DNA of 64,000 bases, taken from Azolla caroliniana (lineage: Eukaryota; Plantae; Polypodiophyta). The DNA lies in assembly GCA_043228905.1 (NCBI GenBank), contig JBHGNT010000014.1, positions 11,780,001 to 11,844,000 of the forward strand, written 5' to 3'. The notes beneath the pieces are model-generated. The model was not told where the DNA came from and did not search any database. It saw only the letters and a list, made by a program, of their open reading frames with translations. Position numbers and translations under genes: made by a program. This document shows positions 24,022-37,585 of the stretch, piece after piece; positions within the stretch are counted from its first letter, which is position 1; each line of letters opens with the position of its first letter.

Positions 24022-25851
24022 ATGTTCATAAGCTTCCCTTTTTGTCCGACATGACTTAAAGGAACTTCTCTGACATGCAAAATCGGGTGAGGAGTGTCGT
24101 CTCCGGTTTCGACAACTCTCCGTTGCTCCGGCTTTTCTAGAAACGAGTCCACTCTTCGTGGCTCATCATGTGGTTAGACACTCTGGAGTCAAAGTAACAC
24201 ACTTCCTCCGATCCGGAAGTGGTCTTCTTCATCGAGTTCTCCTTGTGCTTCATCACGAAGCCTGACCCTTTTCCAATCTTTCCGGTTCTGGATCCTTCCG
24301 ATCCTTCTGCGTAGTGAGAGCTTTGCCAGTTCCCTTGTTCGTCCTTGCCGGATCCAGATTGATCTAAATCGGGCGCGCTTCTTCCAGCACTCGCTTTCCC
24401 GGTTGCCTTTCTTGCTACAATACTAACATTCTGTGTTGTCTTTCGATTGCCAGTTTCCGGGGCCACCTTGACTCCCCTGCTTGTGGAGGGTCTGGAACTG
24501 CTGTCGGTACCATCTTTGTGCCTCCGATTCTGCACTTGCCGGTCGCTACTACTACGTGCCGACCCACCTCATCCTCCATGCCCATGAGGCCAATCCGCCT
24601 CCGTGTACAACATATGACTGTCCGATTGAGTGGTCCTTGACCCACTCACTTGGTTTTCTTTGACCATCAACATAGATTGCAGGTCGAAGAAGGATGATTG
24701 CAAATCATTGTCCAGATTGGCGCGTACTGTTGTGCTAGATAATCGAGGCATATCTTGACCATCTCGTATTCGTCCTCCGTCACATTGATGGAACCGAGCA
24801 CATCACAGATCTCCTTGATCTTGGTGGTGTAGTCGGTACCGGATATTGTTGAGCTCTTGTCGGAGCTACAATGTCTGAGCTGTGGTACTTGCGGCAAAAA
24901 TCTTCTGAAGATTTTCCTAGGCCTCCTTCAGTGACTTTGAGTCCCTAATGTAGCCGAGCATCTGGTTGTGCACATAGGACATGAGGCAGTACAACACTCT
25001 ACTCGCTCCTTGTTCCCATACCGGGAAGTCCTTGTGTGCCGAATCCAGCGCTACTTCATTTGCTCCTTCCACGTAGCTCCAGTATCCATGCCCTAGCAAG
25101 TTAGCAAGTACTGGTGTATTTTATATGACTAGGATGCATAGTTGCTCTAGTGGAGCTTTTCTATTGGAAGCGAGCTCTCCATGCTTCTGTCCATATATTC
25201 CTTCTTGTTCTTTACCGGTTTTAGGGTTTGTTTGTGAGCGTCACTTGTCAGCAGCAGAGGATTGTCAAGGCTCACGCTCTAATACCATGTAAAAGTTAAT
25301 ATGGGGAAGCTTAGATAAACCAGCTCAACTAGATAACAATAGTGGAATAGAAATGAAGGTTTAATGGAAGCTTAAGAATACACAATACACGGGAGAGATC
25401 AAGAGAGTAGAACAACATAAGTTCTCAATTCAAAATAATAACACTTTGTACATACAAATGTCCTACAAAACACTTTTTATACAAGTCCTTAAAATTACTG
25501 ACAGAAGTACTGACATGTACTTCAATGCTCATACGAGTGAATGACACTAACTCTAAAGAATATGCCTACATACTAGGCTCAGATCGTAGGCTGCAACACC
25601 CTACCGGTTCTCACTATTCTGAAGTACGATCTGGTTCTCCGGTCCGGCTCTAGGTTTTAGATACTTATATATCCAGACACCTATCCGGTTCTCCGTTATG
25701 GATATTGATTCGACTTTGGCTTATTCACACGATCTGGATCCGGTTGAGCTTTTCCCGCTCAACACCTTCTTTACACTATCATTTAAAAGCCTCACACTTT
25801 ATCCACGTGTATAGAATACTACGGTACAATCTTACCGCGGGATATTATATG

Positions 25852-26360
25852 GTCATGCCCAAGTTAAGTGCGAATTGTGGGGTATTGTTTTGGCAGTAAA
25901 GGCTGACAAAGACCACTTAATCGGGACAAAGGTGATAATCGGGATGGACTGGCTCCCGATTCTTGGGATGGTGTCCGGATGCGCGACTCCGGACTTGGAA
26001 ATGCTCAGGTGGATCACGTACATTTAAGTCCCTGAATCTGGAGATACGACACATCTCTAGAAAGGACAATGCCATGGACAATATGCTATCGAGGGCTTGG
26101 TACAACAACGAAGACGACATGGTATTGGAAGACAAAGAAGTCGGCGTGGACTTCTTCGAATCAACTCAACTGTCGGCAGACGGGCAAAGTAGTCTGACCT
26201 GGCATGAGTTCAACGCGAACGACTACGATGGGGAGTGGCTTCAAATCGGATGATTCTTGAGTTCGATGATAGTGGATGCGTCGGAGACGAAGGAAGAGGC
26301 AAGTAGAATCTGGAAGAAGGCATACCGGTTTTTCCTAAGCGATAGTAAAATATGGAGGTG
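25852..26360 (+). pseudogene. G1-type gypsy RNase H/tether fragment
   Basis: AQVKCELWG..., EIRHISRKDNAMDNMLSRA; homologous to 29497-30000 and 62556-63030. Confidence 0.85.
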
Positions 26361-26399
26361 TAGGTCGGGCTAGAGGCCAACATAGAGTTCGCTCTATGT

Positions 26400-26928
26400 C
26401 TCATTATGAATAATCCACCATAGTCGTCGTATTCGGAGTTGGTAGCATAATTGGTGAGTTGTCAGCTTGCCGATTTTGCCACAATATCCACATTTGATGG
26501 GGTTGTTTTGTCGGATTGTACTAGCATGGAACCTCCCCCTTCTTTCGAACGTTTCGTTTCAGTTTCCACCGCCTTGGTAGTAATGAGAGTTGTTTTCATA
26601 GGTCAAAGCTCGTTCGCCTCGACGAATTAGCCTCTTCTTCATGACCACATCCTCTTCCTCTATCCAAGTGTGCGTAGAACGTGTGGCCTTCCAAGGCATT
26701 GCTCCTTGTTCAAACATGGTTTTCTTCAACCAACAACATTGATTGAAGATTGACAAAAGAGGAAGGATTCTCTCTCGCTAGGACGACGGTTCTCATCGCA
26801 CCGAACTGCGGTGCATGGCCACCTAGGCATATTTGTACCATCTCATCATCCTCCACATTGACGCTTATTGAGTTGAGTCAATCACAAAGGTCCTTGATCT
26901 TCAAGGTGTAGCTTGTGATAGACATGTT
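26400..26928 (-). pseudogene. Ty1/copia gag fragment
   Basis: MSITSYTLKIKDLCD, DDEMVQICLG and a CCHC knuckle on the minus strand. Confidence 0.7.
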
Positions 26929-27175
26929 TGTCGAATACGGGTGTCTAATGACCATATTCACATTGTCCCTTGGACAGACGAGGTTTAGGACAATTCTGTA
27001 AATATGTCAAAGGGCAGTTGCCCTAGCCCAGTTAGTATATAATGGGCTTTGTAACCTAGCTCATAAAGTTGTTGCCTTCTTTCGTTGTAACTCTGAGTTT
27101 TCTCTTCAAATAATATCGTTGCCTTCTTTCATTGTAAATCTGAGTTTTCTCCCAAAGCTGACACAGACATCAACA
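26929..27175 (+). repeat. Short LTR-like segment
   Basis: TGTCG...CAACA ends, TATATAA box, internal ~50-bp duplication; no matching TSD. Confidence 0.4.
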
Positions 27176-27530
27176 TCCGGCTCATCAAGAAGGTAGTTGA
27201 AGAGGATCTAAGCAAGCACCGGATGATCCCGGTCAGTTCGGTCGAAATGTACGAAGTCATCGCGGACTTCGGGAGGATGGTCGGGTTGGAGCGGACCGCC
27301 CGTGTGGACACAAAGTACAAGAATGTGGACCGAAAGGTGAGGCCAGTCGTGGCACCCTTACCACAGGACATCTAGGATCGTATAAAGGGGGTCGCAACCA
27401 ACCCAAGTTTACGAGATTCGGTCGGCATAGGGCACCGGTTCACCGATGAGACACTACGGAAGATCAAGATCGATGGGGGTGGCTTTCTACTACCGGCAGA
27501 GGAGGACTGGTTTTGGCGGACGCTTGAAAG

Positions 27531-28348
27531 TGTTAGGAAACAGGTCCCTCCGGATGGGAAGTGAGAAGAACAGTGTTGATGAGCAACGGACGAGGCCGAA
27601 TCCGGATGTGGAGTACCTGGCAACGGAAGACCCGGTGAGAACCGGATGTGGAGTACCCGAAAACGGAAGACCCGATGAGAACTGGATGTGGAGTACCCGA
27701 CAACGGAAGACCCGGTGAGAACCGGATGACGAGTACCCGGCAACGGAAGACCCGGTGAGAACCGGATGTGGAGTACCCGACAACGGAAGACCCGGTGAGA
27801 ACCGGATGACGAGTACTCGGCAAGGAAGACCCGGCGAGAACCGGATGTTGCAGGCCTTGTGAGAACTCTCATCGGATGGAAGGGACATATATGTAAATAC
27901 GTTCCAATGAGCCGACTGGGGCTATATTTGTAAATAGCCCAAAAGTCATATTAGTATGAATATGACCTAGGGCAAACTTAATAGTTATGATGTAGAGTTG
28001 GTTGTGTTATTATTGTTGTTGCGATAATTCAGAGCGTAATTGAGTACAGAGAAGAGAGAGAGAGAGAGGAAGAGGTTGTTGCCTTTGTTGTAACCGCCTG
28101 GTGGCGAAGCGAGGGAGCAAGAGGTCGTTGCCTCTATGCCCCATTGTTGTAATCTTGATATAGTGATATTTTACAGTCTGAGGGCTACCGTGGTTTTTCC
28201 CAGATTTGGGTTTTCCACGTTAACATCCAGTGCACTCTCTTCTTTACTGTTTTGTGTGTAGATACAGCTCACCACATCCCTGTTTTCTGTGCTTGATCCG
28301 ACGTCTCGGTTGTGGCCGAGCATAGCTTAGGAAATTGTATTCCTATCA
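27531..28348 (+). mobile_element. Solo LTR related to Tork-like family C, with a 40-bp tandem array
   Basis: TGTTAGGAAACAGGTCCC...CCTATCA; perfect TSD GAAAG (27526-30, 28349-53). Confidence 0.92.
27602..27848 (+). repeat. 40-bp tandem repeat x6 (CCGGATGTGGAGTACCCGGCAACGGAAGACCCGGTGAGAA)
   Basis: Unit starts at 27602, 27642, 27682, 27722, 27762, 27802. Confidence 0.95.
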
Positions 28349-30376
28349 GAAAGGCACGACAAAGCCTTTGCATTCTCACCAGAGGAGATTGGGTGCATCG
28401 ACCCGACAATCGTGGAATTGATGGTAATCTTCACAGTACCGCATGTACCGTGGAATCTCAAACTAATTTCGGTGCCAAGAGCTCACATCCCGAAGTTGAT
28501 GGAGCTGCTCAAGGAAAAGGTCAATGTGGGAATCCTCAAACTTTCGGGTGCCCCATACTCGAATCGGTGTTTCACAATGTCAAAGAAGAATGGCACATTG
28601 TGCTTCATAGAAGACTTGCAACCCATCAACAAAGTGACAATCCGGAATGCAGAGGTCGGACCGACGATTGACGAGTTCGCGGGGGCCTTCACTAGAAGGT
28701 CCATTTACTCCGTCAATGACTTATACTCCAGGTACGACCAATTCCAACTAGTCATCGAAAGCAGGGACATCACGATGATGTAGACCCATCTCGGCTTTGT
28801 TCGGATGTGTACCCTACCACAAGGAGGTACAAATTCGGTGGCACACATGGTGAACACAATGAACAAGGTGGTGAGGGATTGCATCCACGACATCATCATG
28901 CCATTCTTGGACAACATCCCGATCAAGGGATGTCCGGAGGATACAAAGGATGAATTTGTCGGAACAGACGGATGCCGGAAATTCGTTGCAAACCACGTCT
29001 CTGATTACGATGGCGCTCGGCTTACCTTCTCCTGGGAGAAGTCAACGTTTGAACAATCGGAGATCCTAGTGATCAGACATTTACGCGGATCATATGGTCG
29101 GAAACCGTCTCCGGCAAAGGCAGAGGCTATCTTAGCGATGAAGGAAGAGTGCAGGTGGGTCACAGAAGTTCGACGATTCCTGGGAGCGTGTGCCTTCTAC
29201 CAGATATGGATTTCCCATTACGTACACATTGCCTAGCCGCTCTACGGCTTATTAAAGAAAGGGAGGAAGTTCGAGTGGACAGAGAGCACGCGGAGGCAGA
29301 TCAAAGACTGAAGGAGAGGTTGATGGGTGGTACCGGCTCTTCGGAAAGCGGTATACAAGGCGGACTCTCCGGTTTACATAATGGTCGACACGAGTTCGAC
29401 CGAATTGGATGGGTCATTAATCACGAGGTTGAGGCCGGCACGCGGGTCTGCATTTGGTTCGGTGCGAACGTGTTGAGCGAGTGCCAGCAAGGATACGCCC
29501 AGGTTAAGTGCGAGCTTTGGGGTATCATTTCGGCAGTTAAGGCCGATAAGGATTACTTGATCGCAATAGAAGCGATAATGGAGACAGACTGCCTACCGAT
29601 TCTCGAACTGGTTTCTGGATGCGCGACTCTAGACTTGTCGATGCTTAGATGGATCACATATGTCAAGTCCCTGAATCCGGATATACGACACATCTCTAGA
29701 AAGGACAACGCCATTACCAATATGCTTTCGAGAGCATGGTTCGACGACAAGGACGACATGGTGTCGGAAGACGAAGAAGTCGGCGTGGACTTCTTCGAGT
29801 CGGCTCGAATGTCTACAAATAGATAAGGCACTCCGGCCCTTAACGAGTTCGACGAGAATGACTATGACGGGGAATGGCTTTTGATTGGGAGATTCCTAAG
29901 CAGGATGGCGCCAGACACATAATGGATGAAGGAAGAAGCGGGTCCGATCTAGAAGAGGGCATACCAGTTCTTCCTATGAGACTAGAAGATATAGCGGCAT
30001 CCCAAGAAGCAAATCGGAAACCACTCTGGGTGGTGACAAAGGAGGAGGAACAGTCGGCGCTCATGTCGGAGTTGCATGAGAATCAGTGACGAGGATCAGT
30101 CTGTGGAGCCACAACCACAGTCAGAAGTGCATCCGAACTTGCAGTTGGATGAAGCCGGAGCCGGAACAAGACAAGAACAGCATAAACTGGAAGGAACCGG
30201 AGAGCATCAACAGCAAAGTGAAGAACTACTCGAACCCTTGGATCAGAGCATTTTGGACATACTTAACGAGGAGTGATAGAGTTAACTCGTGGGTTCGACA
30301 TGCAAAGCACTGTCCCACGGGCATGCCATGTGTTGGCCAGAGTATATGGTCCGGAGTACAAATGTGGAAAGGGATG

Positions 30377-30721
30377 AGTCAGAGTCGAAATAGAGAAATA
30401 ATTAGTTAGTAATATTATAGGAACGGGCGGATCTAGAATAGTTGTACCAATCCAGATCGGACCGATTCATAGCCGGTAGCCGGTAAGGCACCATTTTGTA
30501 TTCTTAACTAGAGGCCTATAAATGATCCACGAATCAATGTAATAGTTAGCAGAAGTAATACAATTTGAGTTTTGATTTAAGATTATTGTATCCCTTGTCT
30601 ACTTTCCGTTATGTGCTTCTGTTCTCTATCTTACGCGTGTTCTATAAACGGTTGCTCATTACCCAATTCCAAAACGTATCCAGAATCAGTCGGATTATAA
30701 TCGGACTGGTGTCGGATAACA
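30377..30721 (+). repeat. Putative LTR of a gypsy element
   Basis: Purine tract GGAAAGGGATG before it, CCTATAAAT box, T-rich U5-like part, ends ...GATAACA; no partner seen. Confidence 0.4.
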
Positions 30722-30759
30722 TCATTCCCGTAATCCCCCTTTGGTAAAGCGTTCCGGAA

Positions 30760-32044
30760 GGACACTTTGTGTTTATGGTTAGTCCAGCCCAGGATAAACA
30801 TTGTTGTCTGTTGATGACATGATAATTGTCGGACGGGACCTGAAGAAAATCGAAAGCTTGGAAAGGGCTTAGAACAAATCTTATGTTATCATGGATATGG
30901 TCCTGACAAAGGAGATTTTGGGTATGCACATTGTTCGGGACCGGACAAAGAAGTTGCTATGGTTGTCACAAGAAAAATACGTGATGAAGGTGATCTAGAG
31001 ATTCAAAATGTAGGACGCGAAGCCGGTCGGTTCGACACTGTTGACAAATTGCAAGCTGAACAAAGGCCAATGTCCGATGTCGGAGAAAGAGAAAGTTGAG
31101 ATGAATAAAATACTGTATGCCTCATCAGTTGAAAGCATAATGTAGGCTGGACATTGCATATGAAGTCGGAGTTGTCAACCGGTATATGAGCAATCCTAGA
31201 AGAGAGTGTTGGGTTGTGGTGAAGTGGATACTCCAATACGTAAGAGGCACCTCAAGCGTGTGCCTCTGATTCAGGTCAGGTAACCCCTCATTAGTAGGGT
31301 TTTCTGATTCAGACATGTCGGCTTATGTGGATACCAGCCAGTCCACGTCCGGATATGTCATGAATTATGGGGGGGAGCCATCTCATGGCAATCGAGGTTT
31401 GCAGAAGGGTGTGGCACTGTCGACCACAGAAACGAAGTATATGGTAGCTATTGAAGCCGACAAGGAGATAATTTGGATGAAGGAGTTCATCGGAGAGTTA
31501 GGGATTAGACAAGAAGATTTCTGACTCTACCACGACAATCAAAGTGCCATCCACCTTGCGAAGAACGCCGCCTACCACTCGAGGACCAATCACATCCAGA
31601 GGAGATACCATTGGCTCTGGGAGAGGGTAGAAGAGAAGGATTTTTCTCTAGTGAAGATCCACACAGCAGAAAACGAACCAAACATACTGACAAAGGTGTT
31701 GTCAGCAAAGAAGTTGAATACGTGCCGACAAAGGGTCAAATTCACAAAGCACCCCATGCCGGAGTGAAGGGGGAGTTTGTTGCGAAACAGGTCCCTCCGG
31801 ATGGGAAGGAGAGCAAAAGCTGGACCAATGTTCGAGGAAGCAACAAGATAAAGGAGAATGGACTAGATCCAGATCCGGATGGGCTCCGGAGAGGCATCCA
31901 AAAACCCGATTGAGACGTAGCCAATTAGAGGCTATATTTGCAAATAGCACTAAAGTTGTATGAGTATAAATACACTTTGGGCTAACATTAGAAGTGGGTG
32001 TGCGTAGAGTTTGTTATTATTGTACAGAGTTGTAATCAGAGGGT

Positions 32045-32120
<76 letters not shown>

Positions 32121-32361
32121 TGTAACTCTCAGTTTAGACGAAGACAAACTCAAAATTGTTGCCTATGAGTGTCCTTGTACCCTCTCCTTAGATAGTGGAA
32201 TAGTTTGGAGCCTGTGGGCTCTCGTGGTTTTTCCCATTACATGGTTTTCCATGTTAACATCTCGTGTCTCTGTTTTAGTGCATTCATTTATTGTTATTTC
32301 AATTTCTTTGTCTTTCTCGTTTGTGCTTGGCAATCGGTTGTAACCGCTCCCATATTCAACA
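30760..32361 (+). mobile_element. Tork-like copia C, 3' portion (RT end, RNase H, PPT, 3' LTR 31778-32361)
   Basis: VALSTTETKY, SAIHLAKNAAYHSRT motifs; PPT GAAGGGGGAG; LTR TGTTG...CAACA. Confidence 0.88.
32047..32120 (+). repeat. (AG)n microsatellite in the C LTR
   Basis: ~35 AG units. Confidence 0.97.
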
Positions 32362-33514
32362 CCTTCCTGGTAGAGGGGTTGAAGCATGTATACCCCTTTT
32401 GTTCGAGTGAGTACCCCACGAGAATACATTTCTCCAATTTTTTATCAACCTTTTGCCGCTTTTCATCAGGAATGTGTACGAATGCGATAGAACCAAGTAT
32501 CCTTACGTGGGATAGGTCTGGCTTCTTTCCATTGAACTTCTTGTGGGGGGTAACATTGTGCAATCCAGATGTTGTGCACAGATTCATTAGATAGACATCA
32601 GTGTTTACCGCATCAGCCCAATATGATTTCGATAGATTTTTCTCCTTCATCATGGCCCTTGCCACCTCTAATATGAGCCGATTTTTCCTTTCAGCTACTC
32701 CATTTTGCCGAGGTGTGTGTCAGCAAGTAAACTCCCGCCGAATTCCTTCTTGTCAAAGGTATGTTGTGAAGGCATAAGAGAAGTACTCTTTGCCTCCACC
32801 CGATCAAAGGCACCATTCATGTCAACCGGTTGCCTTTTTGACTTCGTGTTTAAATTTCTCGAAGTGTGAGAACACTTCACTCTTTTGCCACATAGGAATA
32901 TCTAGGTATGCCTGGATAAGTCATCGATGAAGGTCATATAGTATCGGAAACCACCGAATGTTGTCATTTGGGCTGGTCCCCCCCATACATCTGAATGTAT
33001 TACATCCAAGATCCCTTTGCTCACGTTCCTATCTTTGAGGAACGATTGTCGATGTTGATTGGCGAATTGGCAGGCTTCGCATACACCTATAATCTCCTTC
33101 TCAGTAAACGTTTGGAATTCGATGAGGACTCCTTTCGACTACATTCCCTTGAGCTTCTAGATATTGATGTGGCCGATTCTTTTGTGCCACTGCTCTATAT
33201 CGGCGTTGGTTTTAGGCAAACATTGCTGATTTCATCTCGTGCGAATCGAGAATGAACATTCGACCTTCTCTTCGTCCACAAGCGATAATTCAGCCTTCCT
33301 TTTCGATGAAGCATCCTCAGTCATTGAACCGAACTTGCATGCCTTGTTCCACAATCTAGCTGATCGAGACCGGATTCTTCGTTACTGTCGAAACATGCAA
33401 AACGTTCTTGATATAGGTTTGGTTGCCCTCTTCACTGAATGGGACATTACTAACATGCTGAATGGAGTGAATTGTGTCATCCACAATTTCCACATAGTCG
33501 GGTCATTTGGGCTT
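32362..33514 (-). pseudogene. Ty1/copia integrase fragment (family D)
   Basis: ARAMMKEKNLSKSYWADAV, IAFVHIPDEKRQK, KCILVGYS. Confidence 0.85.
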
Positions 33515-36500
33515 TGTTGAGAAACAAGCTCAACATTGGCTGCGTAAACGGGTGCATAACGTAGGACGTAGACTGGGTGCGTAAAACCCTACGCAAAATA
33601 TGGTCGTGGCGGTGTTTAAACCGAGAGACCGTTAGAACGTTATTCCTTGTAAGCAATAGTTTTGGGAGTTAGTGTAGAAGGCTCATTTATGAGCGGTCAA
33701 GTACTGTCAGTACTTGTGTCAGCCCAATAGTCGGGGCTTGTATAAAAGGTGCTCACTGAGCACCAAATCTGTATAGAGAACATACAGAGAATTATTTTTG
33801 AATATAGTTTGGTGTTTCTACTCTCTCTATCTCTCCCCCTCTTTCTCTGTGATTTCTGTGTTTTATTGAACTGTCGTACTTCCGAACCATGTACTCTGTG
33901 TTCTTACGCATATGCTTCTACACACATATTCTTTTCATGGTATCATAGCACGAGGGTTGAGACTCCTCTACAGCTTACAAAAAAGTTTGTGATAAGGAGA
34001 GAGTTAAGTTATTGTTTTCGGAAAGGATAAGACAACAATATGGACAGAGGAATGGGAAGCTTGCTACCGACTGAGAAGCTCGATAGGAGCAACTATGCAT
34101 CTTGGTTGTACAAGATGTACTAGTACCTACTTGGTCATGGTTACTGGAGTTATGTTGAAGGAGCTAATGATACAACGCCCGAATCGACACAGAGAGATTT
34201 TTCGGCTTGGGAACAAGCGGCAAGCAGAGTTCTTTACTGCTTCACGTCCTGTGTGAGCGACTAGCTCTTGAGCTACATTCGGGATGCTAAGACGCCAAAG
34301 GATGCATGGGCGAATCTCAAGAGGATTTCGCCGCTAGCACAAAGGCCAGGAAGCTGTAGCTCAGGCAGGAGCTCAACAATGTCCGATAGAAAGATCTGTC
34401 TATGACCGATTACACAGCCCGTATCAAGGAAATATGGGACTCTTTCGCCTCTGTCAACATGAACGTCAAGGAGGACGAAATGGTGCAAGGTGTGTCTTGG
34501 TGGGTTAGCGTCAAATTTCGGAGCATTCCGGACTGCAGTTCGCACAAGGGAGATTACGCCTTCGTTCTTCGAGCTTCAATCGATGTTGCTTGTAGGGGAA
34601 AATCACGCGGGTGCGTCGATGAGTACCCACACCGACAGCAAGATGTTGTACATGAAGGAAGATAGGCCCCGTGGTCGTGGCGGACAAGGCGGATCAGCGC
34701 GCAATGGAGGCGGCCGAAAAGAGGAGAACATGCGGCATAATCGAAATGCCGGAAGCAATTCTGAACCCTCCAGAAGCAAGGGGAGTCATAGCGGCATCGA
34801 AAGCCGTCAAGAGAAGGCCGTGACGGATTGTTGGTACTGTGGCAAGAAAGGCCAGAGGGAGAGCAAGTGCTGGAAGAAGAGAGACGATTCGGACAAATCC
34901 AGATCAAGCGGAAGAGATGTAGGAAGGCGTTAGAAATTGCACTACGCCGAAGGCTCTGAACGAGCCGGAAATGGATCAGGCCCAGCCTTCGTAATGAAGC
35001 ATAACGTCAATTCGATGGCCGTGAACACCTCGAAATCAAGCGAGGTATGGTATGTTGATCCCAGAGTGTCGAATCATATGACGAGTCATTAGGAATGGTT
35101 GTTGTACTTGGAGAATGCGGAGAAAACAAGGAGTGATTGAAACGGGAGACGACACTCCGCATACCATCAAACATGTCGGAGAAGTTCCTCTCAGCCACGT
35201 CGGGCAGAAAGAACGTGTTGCATGTTCCGACAATAACCAAGAACCTCGTGTCGGTCGGTCAAATCATCGACCATGGGATGCAAGTTTGATTCACGCACTT
35301 CAGGTGCTACATCGAAGAGGAAGGCCAAGTTATCACGCAAGGGCGCTGTGAAGAGAGGATGTTCATCCTCGATACCAATCAAACCGGGACTGTGTTGTTC
35401 ATGAAAGGGCAGAAGGTCGAATCGGATATCGACCTATGGCACAAGCGGTTTGGCCACGTTAACTTCCCACGGCTTTGTGAAATGCAGACGAAGAATGTTG
35501 TTTTCGGATTGCCGAAATTTCGGGGCCGTAATGGTCAACTCTGTGATGCCTGCCAACTAGGGAAGCAACACCGACTTCCATTCCCAAATGAGCGTAATCG
35601 TAGTCGAAATCCGCTGGATGTGATCCATTCGAATGTGTGGGGACTGGCACAAAATGTGAGCATCAGTGGTAGTCATTACTTCGTAACCTTCATCGATGAC
35701 TTCACTCGACACACCTGGGGTTGCTTGATCGCGAAAAAGAGCGAAGTCTTCACGTGTTCCCTTGCAGAAAGGGAAATTGGATGAAAGATCAAGTGCCTAC
35801 GGTCCGATGGCAGGAAGGAGTACTTCTCCAACTAGTTCACGAGTTATCTACAGAAGGAGGGAATTCAACGCGAATTCTCGTGTAGATATACGCCGGAGCA
35901 GAACGGCGTAGCCGAACAGAAGAATTGGACAATCGAAGAAGCGGTCAGGGCAATGCTTGAAGAGAAGCATATGCCAAAGTTTTACTAGGCTGAAGCCATA
36001 AAGAAGGTTGTTTACTTGCAGAATCGGACCTCTACTAATGGAGGAGTGTCGCCACACGAGTTGTATTATGGCAAGAAGCCGAACTTGGCACACTTTAGGA
36101 TTTTCGGCAACATCGCGTACGTACATGTGCCGAAGGAGAAACGGAGGAAACTGGACACCAAAGTCGAAAAGTGCATATTAGTCTGCTATTCAGATGAACA
36201 AAAGGGGTATAAGTGCTATAACCCCTGAAAGAAGGAGGTTCGTGTAAGCCGAGATGTTGTGTTTGACGAGTTCGCTTCATGGTACCTGCCTTCGCCACCA
36301 ATCCTTGATGACTCCATTCCAAATTCTGAAGAAGAGGTCAGCGAGGCTGAGCTGCCTCCGCGTGATGAGGAAATCGGAGCTCTGACAGAGAGTCTGATCT
36401 CATTTTGGCTCAACGGGCCAAATGAAGGGTTGAGCCGAGATGGCCAACCAAATGAAGAGTCGGCGAGTAGTGGAGACTCGGCCGTGTTGTCTCTGCGTAA

Positions 36501-37585
36501 AGAACCTAGGACACGGCTTACGCGTAAAGATAAAGGGAAGAAGAAAATGTCAAAATACGATTTCGGTAGTGCCGAGTTAGATCGAAAAGGAATCTCCACG
36601 AAAGAGGTCGAAATTGGTCAAAAAGGTCGTGATATCGGGTAATCACGAATTACAACGATCTACCCGCCTGAAGAACCCCATAAAGAGGTACGGGTACAAT
36701 GAGTACATGGCACATCATTATGCATACATGACGCGCGTGACGAAAGTGCGTGAGCCGGAGAGCTATGTAGAAGCGGCGAAAGAAGCAAATTGGTGTGCCA
36801 CGATGGAGGAAGAGATGCCAAAGGCTACGTGCAGAAGCATGGCCGTAGATTACGACGAGACCTTCGCACCAGTCGCGAAGATGACCCGTGCGATCTTTGC
36901 TAGTTGTAGCTGCGGTTAAGGGGTGGCATCTACATCAGATAGATGTAAAGAATGTGTTCCTACAAGGTGATCTTGAGGAATAGGTGCACATGGTACAACC
37001 CCCCGGATTTCTATCTGAATAGAACACTTCGGCAGTTTGTCGATTGAAAAAGGCGTTAGACGGACTGAAGCAAGCCCCGCGAGCTTGGAACGTGAAGATT
37101 ACGCAATAGTTGCATAGAATGGGGTAAGGTAAACGTGAACTGGCTCAGACTCTTCATTATTTGTTCGGCAAGGTAAACATGAACCGGTTAGCCTTTTACT
37201 TTACATTGATGATTTAGTCATCGCCGGTGCCGACCTGGAATAAATCGGTTGCATCAAGTCTTAGCTCACGGCATCATTCTAAATGAAGGATCTTGGAGAC
37301 CTTCATTACCTCCTCGAGATCGAAGTGATTCCTTTCCCCGAAGGCATATTGATACATCAGCATCATTACGCGTTGAATATGCTCTTCAAGTTCAGGATGG
37401 CGGATTGTAAGCCCATCTCAACCCGTCTGGATAGAAACGTAAAGTTTCGCCGAGATTCAGGAAAGGCGTGCGACCCAACACGGTTTCGACAGATTGTCAG
37501 AAGCCTCATCAACTTGACAATCACTCGGCCGGACCTCAGCTATCCGGTCGGAATGATTAGTCAATTTATGTCGCAGCCCACAATT
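33515..37585 (+). mobile_element. Ty1/copia element A6, 3'-truncated (5' LTR 33515-33937, PBS 33938-33949, gag-PR-INT-RT)
   Basis: LTR homologous to the A1 LTR; TGGTATCATAGC; CWYCGKKG, LWHKRFGHVN, ITRPDLSYPVG; abrupt join to the chromovirus. Confidence 0.9.

Larger units (their letters stand above)
22106..25764 (-). mobile_element. Ty1/copia element A5, 5' half (5' LTR 25288-25764, PBS 25276-25287, gag, PR, deleted INT), interrupted by a G1 solo LTR
   Basis: GCTCTAATACCA (PBS reverse complement) next to the LTR end; gag LLGHGYWSYVEGAN; LWHKRIGHVNYQRL. Confidence 0.88.
27176..30090 (+). mobile_element. Ty3/gypsy G1 pol (RT, RNase H, start of INT), degenerate; interrupted by a solo LTR
   Basis: TKYKNVDRKVRPV, VPHVPWNL, DLYSRYDQFQL, LPQGGTNSVAHM, PFLDNIPIKG motifs. 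Confidence 0.88.

Noticed and set aside
27602-27848. CRISPR-like regular repeats
   Set aside because: Head-to-tail units with no unique spacers, inside an LTR with a TSD; eukaryotic context and no cas genes
27372-27888. Repetitive ORFs
   Set aside because: Translations of the 40-bp array, whose unit length is not a multiple of three
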